Counted from the stretch's first letter, positions 54,605 through 63,249 are shown. The stretch: 64,000 nucleotides of DNA from Kribbella sp. (GCF_035687465.1 NZ_DASRXP010000631.1:1114-65113); one strand, 5' to 3'. Numbers and translations: made by a program. Notes: generated by a model from the letters alone, not told the origin.

Positions 54605-57256
54605 ATGACCGAGACCCCCATTTCTCCTGGACACGACCGGATCGAGCCCCTCGATCTGCAGACGGAGATGCAGCAGTCGTACCTCGACTACGCGATGGCC
54701 GTCATCGTCGGCCGCGCGCTGCCCGAGGTGCGTGACGGCCTCAAACCGGTGCACCGCCGCATCCTCTATGCGATGTACGACGGTGGCTACCGGCCGGACC
54801 GGGGCTTCTCCAAGTGTTCGCGCATCGTCGGTGACGTGATGGGTCAGTACCACCCGCACGGTGACTCGGCGATCTACGACACCCTGGTCCGGCTGGCCCA
54901 GCCGTGGGTGATGCGCGCGCCGATGATCCAGAGCCAGGGCAACTTCGGTTCGCCGGGTAACGACCCGGCGGCCGCGATGCGGTACACCGAGTGCCGGCTG
55001 GCGCCGCTGGCGATGGAGATGGTGCGCGACATCGACCAGGACACGGTCGACTTCCGCCCCAACTACGACGGGCGCTCGCAGGAGCCGGTGATCCTGCCCA
55101 GCCGCTTCCCGAACCTGCTGGTGAACGGCTCGGCCGGGATCGCGGTCGGGATGGCGACGATGATCCCGTCGCACAACCTGCGCGAGGTCGCGGCCGCCGC
55201 GAACTGGTGCCTGGAGAACCCGGACGCCAGCCAGGAAGAGGTGCTGGCGGCGTGCATGGAGCACATCAAGGGCCCGGACTTCCCGAACGGCGCGCTGATC
55301 GTCGGCTACAAGGGCATCGACGACGCCTACCGCACCGGCCGTGGCTCGGTCACGATGCGCGCGGTGGTCGACATCGAGGAAGACGCCAAGGGCCGGACCA
55401 GCCTGGTCGTCAGCCAGTTGCCGTACATGGTGAACCCGGACAACCTGGCGCAGAAGATCGCCGAGCTGGTCAACACCGGCAAGATGAACGGCATCGCCGA
55501 CATCCGCGACGACACGTCGTCCCGGACCGGCCAGCGGCTGGTGATCGTGCTGAAGCGGGACGCCCAACCGCGCGTAGTACTGAACAACCTCTACAAGCAC
55601 ACCCAGCTGCAGGACACGTTCGGCTGCAACATGCTTGCGCTGGTCGACGGCGTGCCGCGCACGCTGAGCCTCGACCTGTTCATCACCTACTGGATCGACC
55701 ACCAGATCGAGGTCATCCAGCGCCGGACCCGCTACCGCCTGCGTGAGGCCGAGAAGAACGCGCACGTCTTCCGCGGTTACGTGAAGGCGCTGGACGCGCT
55801 GGACGAGGTCATCGCCCTGATCCGCCGCAGCCCCGACGTGGAGGAGGCGCGGCAGGGGCTGATCCAGCTGCTGGACATCGACGAGGTGCAGGCCCAGGCG
55901 ATCCTGGACATGCAGCTGCGCCGGCTGGCCGCCCTGGAGCGGCAGAAGATCATCGACCGGTTGAACGAGCTCGAGGCGATCATCACCGACCTCGAGGACA
56001 TCCTGGCCGACCCGGTCCGGCAGCGGCACATCGTCCGCGACGAACTGGCCGAGATCGTGGACAAGTTCGGTGACGAGCGCCGGACCGAGATCATCGCGGC
56101 CGACGGCGACCTGTCCGTGCAGGACCTGGTGCCGGACGAGGACGTGGTCGTCACCATCAGCCGCGGCGGGTACGCCAAGCGCACCAAGACCGACATGTAC
56201 CGCACCCAGAACCGTGGCGGTAAGGGCGTTCGTGGTGCCGCGCTGCGCGCCGAGGACGAGATCGGGCACTTCTTCGCCACCACGAACCACCACTGGATGC
56301 TGTTCTTCACCACCAAGGGCCGGGTCTACCGCGCCAAGGTGTGGCAGCTGCCGGAGTCGGCGCGAGATGCCAAGGGCTCGCACGTGGCCGGGCTGCTCTC
56401 GTTCCAGCCGGACGAGGAGATCGCCCAGGTCCTGACGCTGCGGGACTACGAGCAGTCGCCGTACCTGTTGCTGGCCACCAAGCGCGGCCTGGTGAAGAAG
56501 ACGGCGCTGACCGACTACGACTCGGCCCGGCAGAGCGGCATCATCGCGGTGAACTTCCGCGAGGACGACGACGAGCTGATCGGCGCCGAGCTGGCTTCCG
56601 CCGAGGACGATCTGATGCTGGTCTCCAAGAAGGGCCAGTCGATCCGCTTCACCGCGAACGACGAGCAGTTGCGGCCGATGGGTCGCGCCACCTCCGGCGT
56701 CACCGGGATGAAGTTCCGCAACGGCGACGAGTTGCTGGCGATGTCCGTGATCCGGGCCGGGTCGGAGGAGGACGCGCAGTACGTGTTCACCGTGACCGAT
56801 GCCGGTTACGCCAAGCGCAGCCGGGTTTCGGAGTACCGGCAGCAGGGCCGCGGTGGGCTCGGCATCAAGGCGGTCAAGCTGAACGACGAGCGCGGCTCAC
56901 TGGTCGGTGCGCTGATCGTCGTCGACGCCGACCAGGTGCTCGCGATCAAGGCCAGCGGCCAGGTCGTCCGCAGCCGGGTCGACAGTGTGCCGGTGAAGGG
57001 CCGCGACACGATGGGTGTGCGGTTCGCCGGAGTCGGCGAATCCGACGCCGTGGTCGCGATCGCGCGTAACACCGACCTCACCATCGGTGACGACGAGGCC
57101 GAGGATGGCCTCGAGGGTGCCGAAGGTGCCCAGGATGTGGACGGATCGACAACCGAACCCGCCCCTGGAAGCGTCCAGAATGATGACCAGCATTCGACTG
57201 ACATCGAGGACGCGGCTACCGTCGAAGGCGACGAAGCCGGCCAGGAAGGCATCTGA
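54605..57256 (+). CDS. gyrA: DNA gyrase subunit A
   Basis: [44 protein letters not shown], the active-site AAMRYTE, a beta-pinwheel CTD and an acidic C-terminal tail. Confidence 0.95.
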   Translation: MTETPISPGHDRIEPLDLQTEMQQSYLDYAMAVIVGRALPEVRDGLKPVHRRILYAMYDGGYRPDRGFSKCSRIVGDVMGQYHPHGDSAIYDTLVRLAQPWVMRAPMIQSQGNFGSPGNDPAAAMRYTECRLAPLAMEMVRDIDQDTVDFRPNYDGRSQEPVILPSRFPNLLVNGSAGIAVGMATMIPSHNLREVAAAANWCLENPDASQEEVLAACMEHIKGPDFPNGALIVGYKGIDDAYRTGRGSVTMRAVVDIEEDAKGRTSLVVSQLPYMVNPDNLAQKIAELVNTGKMNGIADIRDDTSSRTGQRLVIVLKRDAQPRVVLNNLYKHTQLQDTFGCNMLALVDGVPRTLSLDLFITYWIDHQIEVIQRRTRYRLREAEKNAHVFRGYVKALDALDEVIALIRRSPDVEEARQGLIQLLDIDEVQAQAILDMQLRRLAALERQKIIDRLNELEAIITDLEDILADPVRQRHIVRDELAEIVDKFGDERRTEIIAADGDLSVQDLVPDEDVVVTISRGGYAKRTKTDMYRTQNRGGKGVRGAALRAEDEIGHFFATTNHHWMLFFTTKGRVYRAKVWQLPESARDAKGSHVAGLLSFQPDEEIAQVLTLRDYEQSPYLLLATKRGLVKKTALTDYDSARQSGIIAVNFREDDDELIGAELASAEDDLMLVSKKGQSIRFTANDEQLRPMGRATSGVTGMKFRNGDELLAMSVIRAGSEEDAQYVFTVTDAGYAKRSRVSEYRQQGRGGLGIKAVKLNDERGSLVGALIVVDADQVLAIKASGQVVRSRVDSVPVKGRDTMGVRFAGVGESDAVVAIARNTDLTIGDDEAEDGLEGAEGAQDVDGSTTEPAPGSVQNDDQHSTDIEDAATVEGDEAGQEGI

Positions 57257-58269
57257 TGACCAACCGCGCGAGGCCGACATGGCCTGATGGGGCGGCAGAC
57301 AACTCCAAATCCCAGCGGCCCTCACAAGGGACCGCCGGGAAGAGCCAGTCGACCCCACCGGCCACACCGACCTCCAACGGTCGTAACCCTGCTTCCAACG
57401 GCAGCGGCCAGCCCAGACCCGGTACTGCGAACACCCCGAAGCCCGGGGAGTTCCGCCCGCCGCAGCGACCGGCCACGCCTCCTCCGGCCAACCAGTCGGG
57501 GTCTTCCGCCACGAAGCCGGCCCGTCCTCCGCAGCAGCCACCGGTGCGACCGGTGGTGAAGCAGGCACCCCCGACGACGCCACGGCCGGTGGTGAATCCC
57601 AGTACGCCTGGGCGTCCGGAGCCACGGCTGCCCAGCCCTGGTCCGGTTTCCGGTGCTGCCCCTGGGTTGGCCAGTCCGCCGCCGGTTTCGGCGTACGGGC
57701 AGACCGGCAAGCTCTCGACGCCGGCCAAGTCGATCCCGGGCAAGTCGACGACGGAGACCTTCGGCGACAAGGTGAATGCGGCCAAGCAGGCCGTGTTCGA
57801 GAAGGCCGCGGCGGTCAAGGAAGCGGCGACGCAGGGCAGTTCGGAGCCGAAGGTCCGGGTTGCCACCGAGCCGACGGTGAAGACATCGACCCGGCCGCAG
57901 ACCCGGAAGGCGCGGCTGCGGCTGACCCGGCTGGACCCGTGGTCGGTGATGAAGACGGCGTTCCTGCTGTCGATCGCCTTCGGCATCGTCACCTGGGTCG
58001 CGGTGTTCATCGTCTGGTCCGCGATCGGTGCGGCGGGCGTTTTCGACAACATCAACAACACGGTGTCCGAGGTGCTGGGCACCCCGTCGGCCGAGCCGTT
58101 CCGGATCGAGAACTACGTCAACACCGGCAAGGTGATGGGTTTCACCACGCTGCTGGCGTGCGCCGACGTGCTCATCATCACCGCGCTGGCGACGCTCGGC
58201 TCGTTCCTCTACAACATCGCCGCCACGCTGCTGGGCGGCCTCGAAGTCACCCTCGCGAGCGAGGACTGA
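57256..58269 (+). CDS. DUF3566 domain-containing membrane protein (Rv0007-like)
   Basis: Pro-rich N-terminus, then RKARLRLTRLDPWSVMKTAFLLSIAFGIV...LYNIAATLLGGLEVTL. 1-nt overlap with the gyrA stop. Confidence 0.85.
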   Translation: MTNRARPTWPDGAADNSKSQRPSQGTAGKSQSTPPATPTSNGRNPASNGSGQPRPGTANTPKPGEFRPPQRPATPPPANQSGSSATKPARPPQQPPVRPVVKQAPPTTPRPVVNPSTPGRPEPRLPSPGPVSGAAPGLASPPPVSAYGQTGKLSTPAKSIPGKSTTETFGDKVNAAKQAVFEKAAAVKEAATQGSSEPKVRVATEPTVKTSTRPQTRKARLRLTRLDPWSVMKTAFLLSIAFGIVTWVAVFIVWSAIGAAGVFDNINNTVSEVLGTPSAEPFRIENYVNTGKVMGFTTLLACADVLIITALATLGSFLYNIAATLLGGLEVTLASED

Positions 58270-58374
58270 GCCCGGTGACCTGGTTCCGGTCGGGCGAGGT
58301 CCTGGTCCGGCTGGAACCGGTTTGGGAGACGGGCACCGAGTGCGGTAATCTCTCCCGGGTTCACCCCGTAACGC

Positions 58375-58448
58375 GGGCCTATAGCTCAGTTGGTTAGAGC
58401 GCTGCCCTGATAAGGCAGAGGTCACAGGTTCAAATCCTGTTAGGCCCA
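58375..58448 (+). tRNA. tRNA-Ile (anticodon GAT)
   Basis: GGGCCTATAGCTCAGTTGGTTAGAGCGCTGCCCTGATAAGGCAGAGGTCACAGGTTCAAATCCTGTTAGGCCCA. Acceptor stem GGGCCTA/TAGGCCC; anticodon at 58409-58411; CCA not encoded. Confidence 0.93.
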
Positions 58449-58478
58449 CATCCCGAACGTCCATCCAAGGAGTCACCG

Positions 58479-58610
58479 GTGCTGAAGAAGATTCTGCTGG
58501 TACTGCTGGCCAGCATCGGTGGATACTTCGCCTACAAGAAGACCCAGCAGGCCCGCGCCGAGCAGGACCTCTGGGCCGAGGCCGTCGACCCGGTCACACC
58601 CGGTCGCTGA
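58479..58610 (+). CDS. Small membrane protein of the DLW-39 type (43 aa)
   Basis: Not in the track. GTG 58479 lies 6 nt after AAGGAG and gives VLKKILLVLLASIGGYFAYKKTQQARAEQDLWAEAVDPVTPGR. The position between tRNA-Ile and tRNA-Ala and the DLW motif match this conserved actinobacterial small protein. Confidence 0.7.
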   Translation: MLKKILLVLLASIGGYFAYKKTQQARAEQDLWAEAVDPVTPGR

Positions 58611-58619
58611 CCACCCCAC

Positions 58620-58692
58620 GGGGGCGTAGCTCAACTGGCAGAGCACTGCCTTTGCAAGGCAGGGGTTAGGGGTTCGAGTCCCCTCGTCTCCA
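58620..58692 (+). tRNA. tRNA-Ala (anticodon TGC)
   Basis: GGGGGCGTAGCTCAACTGGCAGAGCACTGCCTTTGCAAGGCAGGGGTTAGGGGTTCGAGTCCCCTCGTCTCCA. G3:U70 identity pair; anticodon at 58653-58655. Confidence 0.93.
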
Positions 58693-58696
58693 CAAC
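58648..58696 (+). repeat. 49-bp direct repeat, copy 1 (3-prime half of tRNA-Ala plus 4 nt): attL-like
   Basis: GCCTTTGCAAGGCAGGGGTTAGGGGTTCGAGTCCCCTCGTCTCCACAAC is identical to 60846-60894. Confidence 0.85.
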
Positions 58697-58766
58697 TACG
58701 TTTCCCCAGGTCACGCCCACATTCGCAGCTTGACCGGCCAGGCAACGAGAGAATCTCCGAAGTCTC

Positions 58767-58786
58767 CGTGCCCTCCGCGTGCCCTT
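58767..58786. repeat. CGTGCCCT-N3-CGTGCCCT tandem motif, copy 1 (candidate integrase arm-type site)
   Basis: CGTGCCCTCCGCGTGCCCTT, 71 bp inside the attL-like repeat. It matches 60725-60744 at 19 of 20 positions. Confidence 0.4.
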
Positions 58787-59002
58787 TCACTTCGACTCCC
58801 CCGCGTTCCGAGCCGCATCGATGAGCGTGCTCAGGCCGTCGGCCAGGTGCTTACTCCGGCCCTTGGAGACGTGGAGGTAGATCAGAGCCGCGCGAGTGCT
58901 GGCGTGCCCCATGCGCTCCATCAACTCCCGCAGCGTTGCGCCATTCTCAGCGACCAGGGTGTTGCCGGTGTGGCGGAGGTCGTGGAAGTGGACAGTCGGC
59001 AC
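58787..59002 (-). pseudogene. Tyrosine recombinase/integrase, C-terminal fragment only
   Basis: ...FHDLRHTGNTLVAENGATLRELMERMGHASTRAALIYLHVSK contains box II (HxLRH ... GH ... Y), but the ~300 N-terminal residues are missing. Confidence 0.8.
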
Positions 59003-59010
59003 CCGACGAG

Positions 59011-59160
59011 ATGGGGCAGCTGGAGCTGACGGCGGGCGAGCCGGTGATGATCCTGCACCGTCGCACGGTGACCAGTACGGGTCGTGTGGTCGAGTTCGCC
59101 CGAGGCGTGCACGCGGCCAGTCGCTTCGCCTGGACCTACACCTTTACGATCCCCGAATGA
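59011..59160 (+). pseudogene. GntR-family UTRA effector-domain fragment (C-terminal ~45 aa)
   Basis: LELTAGEPVMILHRRTVTSTGRVVEFARGVHAASRFAWTYTF resembles the end of HutC/UTRA domains. There is no HTH upstream, and it abuts the integrase fragment. Confidence 0.5.
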
Positions 59161-59816
59161 GTCCAAGCACTGCGGTACCAACCGATGTACTTGAGGCCAC
59201 TCAGGTCCTGTGGGACTACCACAACATGCACCACGAGCTACGTCCGACCGACGTTGGCGTCGGACTCGGTAGCCACGACCTGGGCGTCGCGACCTACACG
59301 GCCGAGCTGTACCACCAGGGCATGTTCCCGCTCATCGTGTTCACCGGCGCGAATGCGCCAACGACCGTCGAGCGGTTCCCCCGAGGCGAAGCAATCCACT
59401 ACGCCGAGCACGCCCAGGAGCTGGGTGTCCCAGCCGATGCCATGATCCTCGAATCCCAGGCCACCAACACCGGCGAGAACATCGTCCTCACCCGAGCTGC
59501 ACTCGCCGAACGTGGCATCTTCCCCAAGTCGGTAACCCTCATCTCCAGGCCCTACCAGCAGCGCAGGGCCTACGCCACGTGCCGCAAGATCTGGCCCGAG
59601 GTCGACCCGATCTGTGCATCCTTGCCGCTGCCCCTAGCCGAGTACATCGAGACCATCGGCGACGTCGACCGCGTCCTCAATATGCTCGTCGGCGACACGC
59701 AGCGAATCGACCTCTTCGCCCAACGCGGATTCGCCGTACCGCAGCCGATGCCCGACAACGTCAAGCAGGCATACGACGAGCTGGTCCAGCACGGCTACAC
59801 CGCCCGGTTGCTCTAG
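59157..59816 (+). CDS. YdcF/DUF218 (ElyC/SanA-like) family protein
   Basis: IVFTGANAP...AMILESQATNTGENIVLTRAAL...VTLISRPYQQRRAYATC is typical of DUF218. Confidence 0.75.
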   Translation: MSPSTAVPTDVLEATQVLWDYHNMHHELRPTDVGVGLGSHDLGVATYTAELYHQGMFPLIVFTGANAPTTVERFPRGEAIHYAEHAQELGVPADAMILESQATNTGENIVLTRAALAERGIFPKSVTLISRPYQQRRAYATCRKIWPEVDPICASLPLPLAEYIETIGDVDRVLNMLVGDTQRIDLFAQRGFAVPQPMPDNVKQAYDELVQHGYTARLL

Positions 59817-60106
59817 CCCTCTGCCGAATTTGGCTCTTATGGATCAAGGCGCGCCTCCGGCGCGCAAAGGCCCGGCTGCGGGCGGCGCCAGGGCGCCGTC
59901 CTCGCCGGGCCAACGGGTGGAATGCAACTTCGATACACACGAGACCAGCTGCCAGCGGCCAACGAGCCAGGCGTCTGATCGCCGGTTTAACCCGTCGGTC
60001 TTAGCCGCTTGACTGTCGGGCCTGATCACGACACACAATCTGCCTCCGGCAGGGGCCTCACGACTCCGGGATGACGGTCCGAATCGGCCGGCCTATTGGT
60101 CGGGGG

Positions 60107-60259
60107 TGCGTCTTCCCGCCTGCCGCTCAGCCCAGTCAGGACCTATCAGGAGCCACCAGAGGGGACAAGGTCGTTCGTCCGGTAGGGCGCTCCACCTTGT
60201 CCCCTCTGGCGTCTCCGGATCGCGCTACGCGTGGGCTGAACGGCAGACGGGAAGACGCA
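60107..60259. repeat. 153-bp imperfect palindromic element (28-bp outer arms plus a 16-bp inner stem)
   Basis: Outer arms 60107-60134 and 60232-60259 pair at 26 of 28 positions; both mismatches are C-A, which would be G-U in a minus-strand RNA. The inner stem CCAGAGGGGACAAGGT (60156-60171) / ACCTTGTCCCCTCTGG (60194-60209) is perfect. Confidence 0.6.
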
Positions 60260-60311
60260 AGGTTGGGCGGTTGAGAACCCAACGGCGCTCCGATCGGGTG
60301 ATGATGGACGG

Positions 60312-60719
60312 ATGGGACGCAATCGGAAGCACGACCGCCACGAGACCTTCGCTGGCATGGTCGACGAGGTAGTCACCGCGAACCCGGAGCCAGCAGGGCC
60401 GTCGATCGATTGGTACCAACCGATCAGATCCGGCGAGTACACGGATGAGACCGGCGCTCGCTGGCAGTTGCGTGGGGGAGATCTGCCCTGGAAACGCATC
60501 GAACGACTGATCGACGACCCACAGGTTCGAGTCCTGCACGCCTATGCGAACGAAATCCGCGACGTAACCCTTGAGCACCGGGACAAATTCACGGCGATGA
60601 TCCGCCCCTACCTGGACGGCAAGGGGGGTGCTTCGGTGGACGATTACACGGACTTTCAGGCGGGGGAGTTTAAGGACGACCAGCGCAGGTCCCTGCTCGT
60701 GGTCGAGGAGACGTGCTAA
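60312..60719 (+). CDS. Hypothetical protein (135 aa), island-borne
   Basis: ATG after GGACGG. No recognisable motif. Visibly more A/T-ending codons than the core genes. An 8-bp GC hairpin lies downstream (about 60763-60802). Confidence 0.5.
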   Translation: MGRNRKHDRHETFAGMVDEVVTANPEPAGPSIDWYQPIRSGEYTDETGARWQLRGGDLPWKRIERLIDDPQVRVLHAYANEIRDVTLEHRDKFTAMIRPYLDGKGGASVDDYTDFQAGEFKDDQRRSLLVVEETC

Positions 60720-60724
60720 GCGGT

Positions 60725-60744
60725 CGTGCCCTCTGCGTGCCCTT
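60725..60744. repeat. CGTGCCCT-N3-CGTGCCCT tandem motif, copy 2 (candidate arm-type site)
   Basis: CGTGCCCTCTGCGTGCCCTT, about 100 bp inside the attR-like repeat. Confidence 0.4.
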
Positions 60745-60845
60745 ACGAGAACGCGGCAGTGGGCTCGGTCGGTCACTCACGGGGAGAAACCAGCCGAGCC
60801 CAGGCTCACGGTCTGACCGCTCAGGCCAGCGGGAGTGCCTGAACC

Positions 60846-60894
60846 GCCTTTGCAAGGCAGGGGTTAGGGGTTCGAGTCCCCTCGTCTCCACAAC
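60846..60894 (+). repeat. 49-bp direct repeat, copy 2 (attR-like); not a functional tRNA
   Basis: Identical to 58648-58696, but it lacks the tRNA 5-prime half. Confidence 0.85.
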
Positions 60895-60908
60895 CTTCTT
60901 TCCTCAGG

Positions 60909-61427
60909 TCAGAGCCTGATTTCCGGCTCCCTGGCGGCGCTGTTTGCGGCTGTTCGCTCGGCATGTTCAAGGCCAACTTGCACACAGCCGTTTCCCCGGC
61001 CGTGGCAGTACATGGACAACACGAGGCCTCGGATGGTCCAGGCGCTCGCCGGCATGTGTGCCGGACCCCACTCCTCGACGGGTGCCCCGAAGGCTTCAGA
61101 CAAGAGACGCCTCAAGGCGTCATAGCCAGCTCTGGGCTTCGGGTCGGTTGGGTCAGGTGAGAGGTAGAGGAAGAAGCTGAGGCCGAGAAACTCGCCGTTG
61201 AAGGTGCTCCAGGAGCCGGCAACCTCATCGCTAAGGGAGGTACTGAAGATGCCGGCTGTTCGTTCCGGCGGCTCGGTGGCGGGGCTGCGCTCGAGGAAGG
61301 CCATCTCGGAGAACATGGCGCGCCGTTCGCCTTCGGTGGTCGGCCACGGAGAAGCGACGATCCGGGTGATTGTCACTACTACGTCCGCGGGATCCGGTGA
61401 TAGCTCCGGCGGACCGTCTTCAGGCAT
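60909..61427 (-). CDS. Hypothetical protein (possibly DUF6301-like)
   Basis: ORF 60909..61589 trimmed to ATG 61427 (MPEDGPPELS...). The N-terminal 54 residues of the tracked ORF are an integrase relic read in frame. Family assignment is tentative. Confidence 0.5.
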   Translation of the reverse strand: MPEDGPPELSPDPADVVVTITRIVASPWPTTEGERRAMFSEMAFLERSPATEPPERTAGIFSTSLSDEVAGSWSTFNGEFLGLSFFLYLSPDPTDPKPRAGYDALRRLLSEAFGAPVEEWGPAHMPASAWTIRGLVLSMYCHGRGNGCVQVGLEHAERTAANSAAREPEIRL

Positions 61428-61530
61428 ACGGCAACCGTAGCCGTACGCGATGTGTCGGTCCCGGTCCTTCGAGATGTGCTGGTAGATCATCGCCGCCCGC
61501 GAGCTGGCATGCCCCATCCGCTCCATCTCG
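61428..61530 (-). pseudogene. Second tyrosine-integrase C-terminal relic
   Basis: EMERMGHASSRAAMIYQHISKDRDRH parallels LMERMGHASTRAALIYLHVSKGRSKH of the first fragment. Confidence 0.6.
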
Positions 61531-61532
61531 GT

Positions 61533-61587
61533 CCCTCTGGCGTCTCCGGATCGCGCTACGCGTGGGCTGAACGGCAGACGGGAAGAC
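61533..61587. repeat. 55-bp exact copy of the right half of the palindromic element
   Basis: CCCTCTGGCGTCTCCGGATCGCGCTACGCGTGGGCTGAACGGCAGACGGGAAGAC is identical to 60202-60256. Confidence 0.85.
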
Positions 61588-61668
61588 ACGGGGCACGCGC
61601 CATGCTGGGCTGGCTTCTCCGAACTAAAGTGCCTGTTTCTGAAGCCCTGGCATGTCTAAGCTCGGCGG

Positions 61669-62031
61669 ATGACCTTGGAATGGGAACAGGTAATTGTTCA
61701 CTCGGTAGATCCGGTGACCTTGGGGCAGTGGTGGGCCGAGGCTCTTGGTTGGGTTGTGGTCCACTCCTCTGCTGACGAGTTCGAGATCCGCCCGGAGCCG
61801 GATCGCCTGCCGGGGTTGGACTTCGTCCGGCTTGATGAGAGCAAGAAGGCTAAGAGCCGACTGCATCTGGACTTCAGGCCTGACGACCAGGACGCCGAGG
61901 TGGCTCGTCTGGTGGCCCACGGCGCACAGCGTGTTGATATTGGCCAGGGTGATGGATCGTGGGTTGTACTGGCAGACCCCGAAGGTAACGAGTTCTGTGT
62001 CCTCGGCCAGCGACCTCCGTCCGCGCTGTAG
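61669..62031 (+). CDS. VOC (glyoxalase/bleomycin-resistance fold) family protein
   Basis: 120 aa: FEIRPEPDRLPGLDFVRLDE...RLHLDFRPDD...GSWVVLADPEGNEFCV is typical of the glyoxalase-like domain. Confidence 0.75.
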   Translation: MTLEWEQVIVHSVDPVTLGQWWAEALGWVVVHSSADEFEIRPEPDRLPGLDFVRLDESKKAKSRLHLDFRPDDQDAEVARLVAHGAQRVDIGQGDGSWVVLADPEGNEFCVLGQRPPSAL

Positions 62032-62034
62032 GCC

Positions 62035-63249
62035 TCAGCTCAGGGCGGTCGCCTTGCGTAGGAGTACTGAGCGTTCGCGCTGGTTTGTGCACAGGCGGGC
62101 CGCCAGTTCCAGCTCGGCGCGCGCTTCCGGTCGCCGGCCGAGGCGGGCCAGCAGCTCACCGCGTACGGTCGGAACCAAGTGCGAACCGGGGAGCCGGTCC
62201 GAGGCGATCAGTTCGTCCACGATGGCCAGGGCTTGCGCCGGACCCGAGGCCATGGCCACGGCGACGGCCCGGTTGAGCTCGACCACCGGCGAGGGTGCGA
62301 CCCGGCCGAGCGCCTCGTAGAGCACCACGATCCGATCCCAGTCGGTCTCCTCGACCGACGGCGCTGATGCGTGGGCAGCGGCGATCGCAGCCTGCAGGCC
62401 GTAGGGGCCGAGCCCGCGAACCGATGCTATGGCCAGCGCTGCCAGCCCACGGCGGACCGCCGAGAAGTCCCACCGCCGCCGGTCCTGGTCCGTCAGCAGG
62501 ATCGGCGAACCATCCGGGTCGGTCCGGGCCGGGAAGCGCGCGGCCGTCAGCTCGCACAGCGCGAGTAGACCGTGCACCTCCGGCTCGTCCGGCTGCAGCG
62601 CGGCCAGCGTGCGGGCCAGCCGAATCGCTTCGTACGCGAGGCCGGGGCTTAGCAGCCGGTCGCCCGACGTGGCCGTCGACCCCTCGGTGAAGATCACGTA
62701 GACGACGCTGAGCACGCCGCCCAGCCGCACCCGGCGCTCACCGGCCGGCGGCAGCTCGAACGGCACCCCGGCCGCCGCGATCGTCTTCTTCGCCCGGGTG
62801 ATGCGGGCCTGCACGGTCGGCACGGTGACCAGGAACGCGCGGGCGATCTGTTCGGTGGACAGGCCGCCGACCACGCGCAGGGTCAGCGCCACCCGAGCCT
62901 CCGGGGAGAGCACCGGGTGGCAGCTGACGAACATCAGCGCCAGGATGTCGTCGTCGATCCGGTCGGGGTCGATGTCGTCGTCGACCACCGGGTCAGCCGC
63001 CAGCAGCGCGTAGCGGTCCTGCAGGGCTGTCCGGCGGCGGATCGCGTCGATCGCCCGCCGCCGGGCCGTGGCCATCAGCCAGCCGGCCGGACTGGTCGGA
63101 GAGCTGAGCGGCCATGACACCAGCGCCTCGGCCACCGCCTCCTGGGCAGCATCCTCGGCCAGCCCGAAATCGCCGGTGAACCGGGTCAGCGCGGCGACGA
63201 TCCGCGCCGACTCGATCCGCCAGACGGCCTCGACGTCGGCCGGACCCAT
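62035..63249 (-). CDS. RNA polymerase sigma factor (ECF-like, with a long C-terminal TPR-like/DUF6596-type extension)
   Basis: Start ATG 63249 (MGPADVEAVWRIESARIVAALTRFTGDFGLAEDAAQEAV). Region 4 ALTLRVVGGLSTEQIARAFLVTVPTVQARITRAKK. 1-nt overlap with the upstream YciI stop. Confidence 0.8.
   Translation of the reverse strand: MGPADVEAVWRIESARIVAALTRFTGDFGLAEDAAQEAVAEALVSWPLSSPTSPAGWLMATARRRAIDAIRRRTALQDRYALLAADPVVDDDIDPDRIDDDILALMFVSCHPVLSPEARVALTLRVVGGLSTEQIARAFLVTVPTVQARITRAKKTIAAAGVPFELPPAGERRVRLGGVLSVVYVIFTEGSTATSGDRLLSPGLAYEAIRLARTLAALQPDEPEVHGLLALCELTAARFPARTDPDGSPILLTDQDRRRWDFSAVRRGLAALAIASVRGLGPYGLQAAIAAAHASAPSVEETDWDRIVVLYEALGRVAPSPVVELNRAVAVAMASGPAQALAIVDELIASDRLPGSHLVPTVRGELLARLGRRPEARAELELAARLCTNQRERSVLLRKATALS

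Larger units (their letters stand above)
58697..60845. mobile_element. Decayed integrative element (about 2.1 kb remnant) inserted at tRNA-Ala
   Basis: Bounded by 49-bp direct repeats of the tRNA 3-prime half. It carries a truncated tyrosine-integrase gene next to the tRNA, a truncated GntR/UTRA fragment, lower-GC3 genes and about 500 bp of non-coding DNA. Confidence 0.7.

Noticed and set aside
54569-56383. 604-aa minus-strand ORF inside gyrA, together with similar long antisense ORFs in dnaA (43178-44839), yidC (39664-41298), murJ (19280-20872) and the DUF6049 gene (17416-18825)
   Set aside because: All are mirror frames of strongly supported housekeeping genes and show no recognisable domains.
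59817-60106. Small ORFs (60-64 aa) on both strands after the YdcF gene
   Set aside because: The translations are Ala/Arg/Pro/Gly-rich with no start-site context or motif. The stretch is treated as non-coding island DNA, possibly a degraded gene.
60131-60160. Possible SRP (4.5S) RNA domain IV because of GUCAGGACC...AGGAGCC
   Set aside because: It lacks the conserved GGAA tetraloop and the AGCA/GGAAGCAGCC symmetric-loop sequence. The resemblance is superficial.
60846-60894. Second tRNA-Ala gene
   Set aside because: Only the anticodon-loop-to-3-prime-end portion is present. There is no acceptor 5-prime strand or D-arm upstream, so it is an att repeat, not a gene.
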